Assembly (NCBI GenBank): GCA_965202585.1
Contig: OZ241828.1
Location: forward strand, 34,224,001 to 34,288,000
From: Thalia democratica
Lineage: Eukaryota
Length of the DNA: 64,000 bases
Reading direction: 5' to 3'
The notes beneath the pieces were generated by a model that was given only the letters and a program-made list of their open reading frames with translations, was not told where the DNA came from and did not search any database. Made by a program: the position numbers and the translations under genes. Every line of letters begins with the position of its first letter. Within the stretch, counting starts at the first letter, position 1. Positions 1 to 13,061 of this stretch are shown piece by piece.

Positions 1-3000
1 GTAAAACTTAAAAAACTTTAATTTTGAAGAAAATATATCTTTTTATATATACAAAAAGTTTTGTACACTGACAAAGTAATTTCTGCCTTTTGTGACAACT
101 TGTATACTGAATATTGAAATAAAATATAAAACGTACAAAAACAGAAAATTAAACGTTTTACCTCTGTATCAAACCAATATCCAAGCGCTTATTTCGTATC
201 TAATACTGAGATTATACAGTTATAATTCAAACTATAAAAAACTAAAACTGTATGTTTATTTTCTCAGAAAATTGAAAAAAATGTTTGATATTGATAAACT
301 ACAACCTCTTTATTTTATATAAACAAATAATTTGTTCATCCTATCTATATATATTAAAAATAAATAACTAAAACAAATACTATTAGTTTTCAACAAAACT
401 ACAAATTACGTGTTTTGAAAGAAATACTGTTTAAAGGGCTGTTTAAATTCTACTTTAAATAAAATAAAGTGTTTTCAAAGATAGAAAAATTACCATTTGT
501 TGATATTTCAAACTTTTATTTTACAACAAAAAAAAAACATATATATTTTTTGCCTATGTCAATTGTAAAAAAAATCTTTAACAAATTTACTTACTGTTGC
601 TTTAGCAATGAAAATAAAAAAAATAACAAATGTTTAGAGACTACTTCTACTTAGTTGCAGTACCATGAATTTTTAGAGAATTAAACTTTCAAAAAGGTCG
701 GAGCTAAGACTATAATACATTCAAATGTTTTTGCGAAACGTAAAACTATCTTTTTAAAAACAAATGACCCTTGACATATTTGTTTAAAAGCTACCACTTT
801 GCTCATATATAAACTTTCTAAATCCTTTATTTTATGTAAATAATGAAGCTTTTATAAGTGCACATTACGTTTATGATTTTATGTAAACAGTTTAGAAGAA
901 CTTTTTTTTAACTTATATATAACAAATTCTATTTTAAAACAAATCTATATTGCTAAAACTATTGAAAGAAAAAATATATGTTGTGAAGCTTAATAGTAAT
1001 TAGTAAAATGGTTGTACAAGCAAAAATAATATTTATATTTAAAATAATGATTTTTATACTTAAAACTTATAGTTATACAAAAACAATCAATCCAAGCAAG
1101 GAGTACATATTAGAAAACGTAAATAATAACATTTATCGCCAAAGTTTATTAATTAGTTTAAGAATTAAGGAAACAAACAAAACTTTCACGTAAGTATTTG
1201 TTTTAAAACTTTAAACCTGTCTTGTTCATAAATATATTGTTTACAGTTAAAAAAATGTAGGCTAAATTTTATTTATAACTTATAACATATATGATAACTT
1301 TGTGGTTTTTTAAGTATTTAGTATAATAAGTGATTTGTAGGTGTGATCAATGTTTTCTATAATGCTATAACGTTCAAAAAAGTATTAAAAGTAAATGATG
1401 AATTGAGCTATATTTAGAAAGTGTTAAAATCTATAAATGAATGAATGATGGATAGTAAAAGAAGGTCTAAACTTTAACGGAACAAACATCAGTTTTCGTA
1501 CAAACACAACAATGTAAGGTTCACAGTTAACAGGCAGTTTGCCTCTTGACGTCATTTGACAACACGGATGTCGGAAATAATGACTATAATCAGTTTTCTA
1601 CTCGTTTATTTTTACTTCAACGCATAAATGAATAGTCGACTTAAGATTTAATGTTTTACCTAAGGAACTTTAGCTGTCTAAAATACTGATTTCGGCTAAG
1701 AAACTTTTAAAGCTCAACAATTAACATACTTTACGTACTAAAAATGACATTTATAATACTAGATATTTATTTTTCAAACAACGTTTGTGTAGATTTTAAA
1801 TAAGCAACGTCTTTCATATACAACCTTTTTAGTTTTAGAAGATATATGTTCCAGTGTTGTAAGTTTTCATCAGTAGAAAAAATAGAAGCAAGAAGATTCT
1901 ACAACTGTTACTCTTAGCTAATTTAACCCGAAGACATTGAATAAAATATTAAATTTTAGAAATAAAAAAGTATACTAGCTAAAGATAAGGCTAATTAATA
2001 AAAAAATTAAATTTTTAGGAATATTTTTTTACAGTTTAATCTAATTTATTTATTTAATTACAAGGCTTCAACTCCTTTAAAAAACTAAAATATACGATTA
2101 TTATGTTGTTAAAGATAATTTTTAATTATTCTTAAACGATTAGTGTCACTAAACACTGTTTAAGAAGATACAATTTTCAAATGTTTAAAACATTGATGTA
2201 TTTCTTACTTAATGATATTATTCGTTATTTTAGTAAATTTTATGTACTTTAATAACATACATAACAAACAAATAAAAATTGCAAGTAAAACATTATAAAT
2301 GCACAGCATTATATACAAAACTATATGTGTAAAAATAAAAAAACATGAGATCAATTGCGATATGAAATAACTATTTTAAACAAATACAAGTAAAATATAC
2401 ATAAAGACAAACTCACAATCAATAAAATGGTAAACAGCCATAAGGTTTCTTTTTTATTTACAAAAACTAAAAGAAAACATAGATTCCATTAAAATATGAT
2501 CAATTTGTATGCAGCGTCTATATAATAACTAATTCAAGTGTCAACTATTTGTTTATTCAGAACAAAAGAACAAAAAAGGTGGTGAAAATGAAAGTTTATT
2601 AAGTTAGTTTTGTTGCTTAAAAATGTACTATTAAACTTATATTTTACTGGTTTGATGGTTTTGAACTAGCTAGATCAAAGTTTTAGTAAAGTATATTGTT
2701 CGAATCTTTTGTTGTTCATAGCTTTCGCATTAATCGATAGATATTTAAACTATCAAACATGTTATTACATATACTAACTTAGATTTTATAAACTAAAAAT
2801 CTTCTTTAAATTGTTATATGTATTTCTAGATGTATCTTTTTAGTAGTTTTATATTTTTAAATGCTCATAAAAGTAGTAACAAAATCTTTATTAAAAATGC
2901 ATGTTTATTTAATACTTTAGAAATATGAAATACCAAATGTGCTAATCTAAGAGATGAAACAGCGTATTTTTAAATTTAATATATTATTTTCATTAGTTTT

Positions 3001-6000
3001 TTTACATAAAACCCAATATCAAAAATTAGACTTTTAAGATAAGCTTACAATTTTAAATGCCAGTTTTGCATCAAAGCTACACAAAAATTAAAACAACTCT
3101 TTAACTTAGCACCAAATTTAATACAAATAGTATTCTTCAATTCCTCTTTTCTTATACAAACTTCAAATTTTTATAACTTCAAAAATAATTTTTATATGTG
3201 TTAACTTTGCCTAATGCTTGTTTTTTAACGAGTTTTATGTTTTTTTTTCTACTGAATTAATAAGTATCTAAACTAAAAGTTTTAAAATTAAATGAAATGT
3301 AGAACTTAATTTCAAACTTAAATTATCTGGAAATTTCTTAAATATTTTCATATAAACTCTAGTTTCGATTTTATCAAAGAAAAACACTTTTCTTTAAACA
3401 TTTTTTTTCGAATTTGTTAGCGGTTAAACTGAAACTTTTAAAATTTTTTGAAATATTTAATAATTTAAGTTATATTAATTTAAAAATTTCAAGCTTCTAC
3501 GTTATAATAACTTTTCTGCTATGTTATAAGCAGTTTTTTGTCGACAATTTTTTGAAATATTTGATTTATAACTAATTTCTCTAGATTAAATTTAGTGTAA
3601 TCAGTTAGTAGGTTAACCGGTTTGAAGTACTAATCAGTATGTTTTGCAATATATGGCTTACTAAATTACTATTAAGGCTGGATATAATTAATTTATTCTT
3701 ACACTACTTTTGTAAGTTGTTATTTAAAAAAAGCATTAGTTAACTATGAAGTTTTAAATATTATTGAAGGATTTGTTAAAGTCAAGTTTTTTAGTCTCTA
3801 ATTTTAACAGTATAAGTCGAATAATAAGTTATTTTAAAGATAATGTCTTGACAATACAACAAGATTGTCACAAGAAATCAGTATCTGCACATTGTTTTTA
3901 GCTAGAATAATAAATATATTATCTAAAAGCTTAAACCATATAAATGAAATAAACTTATAAGTCTAATATTCACAGTACTTTTAACTTAATTCATCTTTAA
4001 ACGTAGTAACAATACTAGCATTATATATAAAAGTTTATTTGAGTAAAATTACTTTTTTTAACCTGTAACAAACTTTGTAAAACTGAAACATAAAAGCTTT
4101 TAATGGTATACTTTTTAATAACAAAGTTTTAAAACAGTTTCAATATAATAACAACAAGTTTTAAAAACTGTTTTTAAAAGAGTTATCTAAACTAGCAAAA
4201 AAGTTGTAATCGCCCCTTTTACCGTGACATAATATTGTTTTTTTTTTTTGAAATTCATGACAATCAAAATTTATTAAAAGTATCTTAATAGTTAAAGGGA
4301 CAAGAAAATATTTAATGTAGCTAAAATTGATGATTTAATCTCGCATCTGATAATTTATTGTGGTCAAAAGAAAAATTCTAATGATAAGCGGTATCATTAA
4401 TTTTGCATTGATTTGTAACTTAAGCTTCACCAACAAATTTATACATAACATCAAAGGTAATGCTTTAAAAAAAAATCAAAATACTATTTTCATGTTTCAA
4501 AAGCGCAAGTCTAGTTATAACTTATACTATTATCAATAAGTTATTATACTATCAGGTTTAGTTATATCGGTATAATGTTATTCTACGTTTTATTTAAAAA
4601 ATAGTCAATTTTTTGAAGGAATAAGTATGCTTTTTTCAAATTTTAACCAACTCACTAAAAAAAATGTCGTTTTACTTCGAGTATTTTTGATTTCAAAATT
4701 AAAATAAAACTAAAAAATACTGTGGATGATATACTATAATATTTAAATGCTAACAAAATAAAAGACGAATACAAAACAAGATAAAATTTTAGTGCAAAAT
4801 ATTTCTAAGTATCGTTTTGACAGTCATCCAACTGTAAATCAATGTTTATATGTTTTCAAAATCTGTATATCAAATTTAATGTTATATTCTCATTATAAAA
4901 AATATCAACAGTTTTCTAAATACATGTTGAATGAACTTTAAACGTACTGAAAATAAATTAAACTTAGAAAACTTACTTTTATAAAACTTAAAACAAATAA
5001 AATAAAATAAGTTAAACTTTTCAGAAATTCACAATTTTTTGTGTTGCTTTTTTTATTAAAAAATGATCAAAACTTCAAAGCAAAAACAGGATGTACCGTA
5101 TTAGTTTAAAAGTATTCGAGTTACCAAACAACCTGTTTATTTACAAAAAGGAGCTATGTAGCGTAATTTAATTAAATAATTATTTGAAAGGAAATGCTAT
5201 TGATCCTTTTGTAAATTGTTGCTAAGTTATGAAAAAGTATAAAGCTTTGATTGTGAACTCTCAAAGGTAATTTATATTAATAAAATTGAGCTTTTTTGCA
5301 TCGTGAATAAAAATGTAACTCAGTAGTCTTATTTCTTTATTCTCTTAAATGTTTTGTTTCATAATTCATTTTTTTAACTAAGTCACTTCTTTAGTATGTG
5401 GTTAAAAACTATAAAAGTTTAATATTTGTACATTAAAAGATTATCTAATTCTATGTGTAAAACTTTCTTTTTTTTTATAATTTTATATAAATGTATACTT
5501 TTTCAAAAATTGCAGATGATTGACTGTAAAATTTTAGTCGTATAACTTATAGTAGACAAAACAAAATTTTAAAGGTAATAATTAATGTGCCGTATAAAAT
5601 ATATGTAGTAAAAATTACTTTACATCCATATTATATAAAACATAGTAGCTGAAATACCTAAGCAAAAATCATAAATATCGTATACTTGTATTATCCCAAT
5701 TACTTCCTGAATTTAAGTATGTTTGTGTACAACTTATTTAAGTTTTATATGTTTTTTTGATAACTGGATGTTATAACTGTAAAATTAAATCAAATTTTTT
5801 TAACCATAGATGTCGTGTTTATTGATTTATACTTAACATTTAAAGGAATTTTAAAAAGAACAAACACATTTAAGAAACTATAAAACATAAAAAAATAATA
5901 AGCTTCTCCTTCATAAAAGTCATTTTTCTTGTTTATAACCTTAATTTAAGTAAAAACCATCAAATAATTTACTTTAAAAAATTTAAAGGACTAATTAAAA

Positions 6001-8339
6001 TATTATTGTTACTATTTTTCAAAAACCTAAAGTTAGTCTTACTAGTTAAAGAAAGGTTCTTTATAAAGCTTACTAGAAAAAATGTCATTAGAAATAAATA
6101 ACATATAATCTTTAAATAATGCCGAACACATATCTTAAATATTTTAAGCATAAAAAGTTATATTTATATTTTATGTTTAGTTTTAAATCAAAGTTGTAAA
6201 GTAAGCTCTTAAAAGGTTTGAAGTTGTTCAGTTCCATTAAAATTTTTGTCTTAAATCTTAGAAAAATCACAGGTATAATTTTTCAAAAACATCAAAGAGT
6301 TCACGCATTAGTAAGGAATAAAAATGGTTTTAAGTAAAATTTATGGATAACTGGATGTCACGAAAAAGTGCTTATGAAAATGCGAGTAAACGTGATTTGT
6401 AACGAGTATTAGTACAATGTGAAGAAAATATTGTCTTCATAATCTCATAAGCTGTTTTGTTATGGTTTGAAACGAAAACAAACTTTGTTATTTTCCACCA
6501 ATTTGTTCATTGTTGTCTGTGTTTTGGTTTGGGTTTCGCAGTTGTGTAAAAATTATAAAAATAATTTTAGTCTTGATTAATATTTTCAAAAACTTTGTAA
6601 ACAGGATTAAAAATATATTTTAGTTATTATTATGATTAAGTGTTAAAAGATATAACAATATAAATTGCATTTTAGAAATTTCTAGTAATACTTCCTCCTT
6701 TTAGATTTGATAGTAAAACACTAGTAGTTGTATCAGTTAGTTTAACAGATTTGCAAACTGTTTTTTCAGCTAGCAAATAAAAAAAAAGTGTTATCTTAGT
6801 TAACATTTCTTATAAATTGATTATTTGTTATATAGTTAGGCTTCAGTTATGACAACAAACATCTTCTATTACTCAAATTAAGATATTTTGATCCAAAAAA
6901 TTAATAGTTCTCTGTGTTTACAATATATTTATCTAAATAGTAGTTTTATAGTGAAAAGCAATAATTGAAAAAATAGTGAGGAAATTGATAGTAAAAAACT
7001 CTCAATTATGTTATAAATAAAATTTCATTAAGATCTACGTAATAATTTAAAATTAACTTATATAACTAAGCGAATTATAAAATATTTTTTTAACTATAAA
7101 AGTTATTTTTTTTCATAAAACCTTAGTAGTTTTATATTTACGTTTAAATAACTCTTACATAAATTTAAAACACTTTCTTTTTATACACATACAAACCAAA
7201 ATTGAAAACTACCTCAATTATTTCTAACATTCTTTAATTTTTTCGATGATAATAAAACATTATATTTTAGAAAACTTAAAAACAAAGAAACATTTATAAA
7301 AAAGGTGATCAAAAAGTAATTTAAAATTTTAGATATATTGAAAACTAATTAAAATACTTTACTATAACTCCTTAAAAATAAACTTTTGTTGTTGGCTTAA
7401 TTTTTTAATTATAGCCTATTAAGATCGTTTTTGTGTTTTTCGTTACTAAGTTGTAATTAAATCATTAATTTGTCTTAAGTTTAAAGTATAAATAAGTTTT
7501 AATAGAGTAAGTAAGTTTAGAAAAATAGTTTTCATTCCATTACAATTTTAAATAAAATAAAAAAAAATGAGTAAAACAGAATATGATATTATAATGAGAC
7601 TAAACAAAAACTTAAGTCAAGTTTTTTTTTTAAAAAACATTATAATTATTTGTTCAAATTATAACACGAGCTGGTAAAACCAAATCAGTCAGTTATACAG
7701 TAGCAAATAATATGTAAAGTTTTTAAAGATTAAGTTAATTTGACGTATAATTGATCTTATAAAATTAGATTAAACAGTTTTGACCATTTCAAATAAATAT
7801 TCGCATATAAACACATGAAATAAAAAATAAACATTGAATATAAAAACCTTATATACTAAAAATAGTATAAATAATATAAAATACATCAATAAAAACACGA
7901 TAAAACTGTATGTTTTATTATGTTTTTTTTTATGTTTAATAAATATTCCAAAAGAATCTTAAAAACAATATTTATGTGTAAAAATCTCAGCTTAACCATT
8001 TTCTTTTCACATAAATCTAAATTTTTCTATATAAAACAAAAATAAGTGCAAAACTGATCGTAATAAAGATTAATTTTTTCGAGTAATGTCTAAGTTACTG
8101 GAGTATTTTCAATAAAAAAAGTGTTTAGTATATAGTTTTAATACATTAAACAAACGTTGAAAAGACTATTTTTTAAAACTTAAGCAGGCTATAAATATAT
8201 AAAACTTTTCACAGAAGTAAATTTTAGCATAAAATAAGCGTAAAATTCTCGTTTTCCATTTTTGACAAGGTTATAAATACACAAAAAATCAAAGTTTGTT
8301 TATGTTATTTCAACACAGAAACGACCTCCCGCAAATAGC

Positions 8340-8480
8340 TTTCAGAACTTTTCGCAATTCTGATTGGTTCACACGCTCATACACCTGCAGGTTTAAGTTG
8401 CCATGACAACGAACAATACTGTGAATTATGACATCACTTAACCATGATCAGCTACCATACACTTTACTGCATCCAACTTC
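8340..8480. promoter_or_regulatory. Candidate enhancer: inverted CCAAT + RFX X-box + CRE-like site
   Basis: ATTGG 8363-8367, GTTGCCATGACAAC 8397-8410, TGACATCA 8429-8436 in a GC-richer island; same motifs in copy 2 (X-box at 54574-54587). Confidence 0.45.
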
Positions 8481-10679
8481 ATGCACCGTTTGATTTGTAA
8501 AGAAAATTTGAAATTCAATATGAGTAGCTGTAATAAAAATTATGAAACCATACCATGCAAATAATTAAAGACGTTCAAATTTATAGCAACAATTTTCTAT
8601 GGTTACTAAACGTTTAACTTTATAAACTTAGTACATTTCTTTAAAGTTTTACATTTTTATTATCAGTTATGTAGTTGTCTAGTTTATAAAGTTAGTAAAT
8701 GACATACATAAATTAAAGTATATTAAGTCATGTTTTTCTAAGCTATGTTTTTATTAATTCTTAAAAACTATTGATTAATTTTTATTTTTAACAAAAAATA
8801 AATTCTAAACGTACAATTTCTTGTCAAAAAATATTGGAACTTTAATATTACTAATTTTGATTGACAAATTCTTTAAACAAACCATAACTTCTGCAATCTA
8901 AGACCAAATAAAAGAAATTGATACTATTGCAAGAAATAAAATAATATTTTATAAAGATAACTTTGGTACAACGTCGAAATGAAAAAACTTCTTATTAAGT
9001 TACTTTTGCAATTTAAGACTCAACTATATTAATAAAATTCAAAGATCCTGATATTGTAAAAAAAAATAAAATTTTGAAGTAAAATAGTTGGTTTTTGTAT
9101 CAATCTAGTTAAATGTATTTTTTAAGAGTTACTTGAAACTCTTATTATTCACAATGGAATGTTGTATCCTGCTGTAGGTTCTAAATTTCAATTTACAAAC
9201 AAACGAGCTTTTAAGTGTGAAGAATCTAGTTTTATAATAATTTGAGTGATTTATTTGAAAAGTACTTTTAATTTTTTTAGTATTCTAGTATTACTATAAA
9301 AAGCTTTTAGTAGCAATAATAATTTTCAATTAATTGAAAATATATGGTAGAAAATGACTTCTATAAAGTTCTAAAAAGTATTAAATTGTTCTCATAAAAT
9401 ATTTTATTGTATTCTAATACATTTATTGCATATACATACATGTTATCTCTGTTTTAAGTATAAAAAAAAATTGCTATAACAATATCATAAAAAATGATTG
9501 TTTACTTATGACATAAGTAGTCTTTTTAAAGTTATTTTTACTTACAGATTTTTTCCTTTACTTTATAGTAAAGTAACTTTTAAATAATCATAACCTCGTT
9601 TATCAATTCAATATGTGTACCTATGATTTACAATTTATAGTAAGTTAATTTGTAAAAGCTATATTTTTTTATATTAATATATTTTCTTAAAAATAATATG
9701 TTTAAAAATATTTTTTAACTTTGACAAAAACTCATATAACTTCAAAATAAACAAAAAAATGTACTAACTCAAATTAAAAACTTTAATACAAAAAAACGCA
9801 TAAATACAAAGGTAATATAAATAGAATACCTCTTAAATGATATAATTTTCAAAATAGATATTTCAAAGACAATATCAACTTCAAATATAAAACGTAATAT
9901 GTTTTGAATAGAATACCTTAATTTTTTTAAAAAGCACCACATTACTTTGTTTTTATCAAACACTAGACTTACAAGCCAATATTCGTTAGTAAACTTGTAA
10001 TAAATGGAATGCAGCAAAAAAAAAGGGAAAATATTTTTTTCTAATTTCCACATCAGTCTTAGTGAAAAAATCAATTTAAAAACATGCATGTCAAATAAAT
10101 GTGTTAAACAAGCTAGTCAAAAGCAAAAAAAAAAGTATACAATAGTTTTATTAAAAAAGTTAGATTTGCTAGTTGTAATCATGTAAACATTTACTTCTTA
10201 AAACTAACAAAAATATATTATTTAAGTTTTTCAAACTGTACTTTATGTATGTAAATTGTTGTTTGTGATTGTTTGTCATTATTTTTGTTGTTGTATATAA
10301 AACGTTTGTTGAATTTTTCGATGTTTAAAAGTTTTATGTATAGCTTCTTAAAAGTTTAAAAATAGTGTCTAAATTTTAGCTATCAACTATTTTCTCTAAC
10401 GTTTATTTCCATACTATAATAAGTTTATTTCTTAAAATATCATAAATATGAAATAATTATTTTAAATTACATTTAAAATGTTACAAAATTTGGCTGATTA
10501 TTTAGCTGAGTTTAACTTTAGAACAACTTTTTTTTAGTATAATTTTTTTTTAAATACTAATATTCACGGTAAAAATGGAACATTAAAGTTAACCGTTTTC
10601 AATTTATATGTGATTTTATTTATTTAAACTCGAATACCTGCTGTATTATAAATAAGTGATCTATGTTAATGATGATACT

Positions 10680-12200
10680 TTTTTAACTCAAATTTAAGCC
10701 ACTCAAAGCGATGTTGAGCTAAAGCAAAGCCCCAATCACGTTTTGAGAGAATGATGATGAAAAAATTGATTGATTTTTTATAAAACATTCTCGTATTTGG
10801 CAATTCAGTGCACCATGCATGCGCAATACCGGTTAGAGTGTTATTTTTTTTTTATTTAATTTTTTGTTAACTTGTTTCCTGTTGTTTAGTTTAAGATAAC
10901 AGCTTAGTTTAATTTTTCAATACTTTTAACAAGCTTTTAGACAAATGAGTCAGTTTTCAGTTGGTTTTTCAATTTTTGCCTATGTTGTGAGTCGTAATTA
11001 ATTAAATTATTCTTAGTAATTGTCTGAGAAAACAAATAAAACGTTGAATTTGCTCAATCGAACCTTACGTTGACACTATATAACTACTTTTAAAAGTATA
11101 TTAATAGAAACCTGAACTTTTTATGTTTACCAGTAGATTTGTGATACTTTTGTTTCCGATTGCAATCTAAGCAAAGTTGCAGAATTAATTCAAATATGCA
11201 ACTCTTAAATGTCAATTGTTATTGAACTTGCGCAAATATAAAACTTCAAGTTTACCTCTCACTATTGCTACCTTCTTTCTTATCGCTTTTTTCAGTTTAA
11301 AATTTCAAAGTTTATTCTTATTGCCACTAATCAGCGTGGCGTCTCATCTCTACATAAAGTAAATAAAGTTTAAGATGATTTCAAAGATAAAAGGTTGTTG
11401 AAGATGAACACTTGACCTTGCTCGTATTTGTTTGTTCATATTTGTTTGCATCTTTTTAAGTTTCAGTCTTCAAATGTTTGCTAATTGCTTAGTGGAACGG
11501 CTATAAATTGAGTTTATAACCAATAGAAACAGATCGGGGGTGTTAAAAGCAATCAATATTTTTCCATCTTTAGCAATGCTGATCAGTTTTAATGATTTTT
11601 TGGGTGGTCTTTTGGCTACTATCAGCTGTTGTTTAGCTCCCCTTATTACCGGTAGCAACCTCAAACTGTTTTGAGTCATAATCGGCTTACAGTTAACAGT
11701 AAGTATGCAGGATGTTTTAAAAACTGCCTTTAAAAACAGCAATCAGGTTTTCTTACTTGTTTATTATGTCTTATATTTATGAACGAAAAGTATTTTACAG
11801 ATTTTAATGTTTAAAAAAAAAATTTAGTTTAGATAATTTATTTTTATGTAGAAAAATCATAAAATTAACAAAAAATTTTTATTAGAATTCAAACAAATCA
11901 AAAAAATTTCAAACAATGTCTAGAAAAACATTTTTTTTTGTCAGTTCAGTTACGCTTACAACACTTCTTTGGCGCTGAAAGTTCTGATTGCATTATTTCT
12001 TCAACTTCTTATAATCAGCAATCAACGGCTGTCGAAACTGTATAAACACGCCTATAAACTAATTGGTGTGCTAATTTTTTGAACTGTAAAATAAGTTTTG
12101 TTGTTTTTCGAAGAAAACCGTAGGCATACAACTAGCTTTCGCGTTCTGCAACACAGTGATAAGTCTGAATACTTCCTTAATGTATGTTTACAATGCAACG
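10680..12200 (+). promoter_or_regulatory. Putative robo proximal promoter / 5' non-coding exon region
   Basis: GC-richer islands upstream of an acceptor (TTATTGCAG, 12836-12844) that opens the ATG-containing exon; CCAATCA at 10732; NRF1-like TGCATGCGCA at 10816-10825. TSS not determinable. Confidence 0.35.
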
Positions 12201-12988
12201 AATTCGTTTGTATCACTAATCTACTTTAAGTCTATAAAAATGATATTAAGTTTTTAATTTGTTGTAAGCGTGTGAATTACTTTGAAGTTATTTATTATTT
12301 ATAAAGTGTTTTGACTTTGTTATAACGGTTAAGCTGTTGAAAAGGCATTGCACATATTAACCGGTATAAGTAAGGGTTGAAAAGAAAATGTTTTATATAT
12401 TAATAGCGTTAGTGTTATGTTTGCTACTGTTAACACTTTTTTTTTAAACAGCTTGTTAAGTTTACTTAGTACTTGTAACTTGTTTTTTATCCGTTACCAA
12501 ATTCTTTAATAGACGACAAATTAATATTTAGTATGCATTTTTCATCAAACCCTTTAATGTAGTTAAAAAATCAAATTGCTTTTATACAATGTTTTTACTA
12601 TCCTTATAAAAGTACCTATTGTATGAAAGTGCGCTCTACTTGTTATGAAAGTAATTATTCGTAAAGACTTTTTCAGTTGTTATTTAAAAAAATTATGAAA
12701 TAACTTTTTTTTACACTAAAATTTAAAGTAAGTATATTTGGATATTTTAGTTATAACTTAAATATTGTTAACAGAAGTATGATATATAATATTTTAAACA
12801 AACCAATACTTAAAATTACTTTTCTAATATATAAGTTATTGCAGCTGTATGTGTTATATTAATTGAACTTAAATCAAAAAGTATGAAAAACTGAAGAATA
12901 CTTCTCAAACAACAAAAAGAAAAAACTAACAAAAAAAAACTTGAATTTTTCATGGAATTTTTGTATTTAAGTGCCTCAAGAAGTCATT

Positions 12989-13061
12989 ATGAGTTTAACA
13001 CGCAAGAGTCAAAATTGCCTGCTTTTTATCCAACTACTTTTCATTTTAATGGCAATTTCAA
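12989..13061 (+). CDS. robo: Exon 1: signal peptide MSLTRKSQNCLLFIQLLFILMAIS
   Basis: ATG at 12989, basic n-region, hydrophobic core, strong A|GTAAGT phase-1 donor that joins exon 2 in frame; retained in the duplicate copy. Confidence 0.8.

Noticed and set aside
92-10186. Short ORFs 92..322, 469..654, 1008..1193, 5969..6151, 9769..10089, 10004..10186 and their copy-2 counterparts (46250, 46841, 53943, 55949, 59545, 61968)
   Set aside because: K/F/I/L/N-rich translations typical of AT-rich non-coding DNA, no domain motifs, and lengths or frames differ between the near-identical copies. ORF 55949..56167 gets its start only from the transposon TIR.
4217-10574. TTTTACCGTG (4217) and CACGGTAAAA (10565) as TIRs of a large element
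   Set aside because: They face outward, are only 10 bp and have no TSD
11470-11742. 90-aa minus-strand ORF in the putative promoter (possible divergent micro-gene)
   Set aside because: Broken by an indel and many substitutions in copy 2; no recognisable motif
11941-11950. TCAGTT initiator-like motif as the TSS
   Set aside because: Changed to TTAGTT in copy 2 and too short to be significant without 5'-end data
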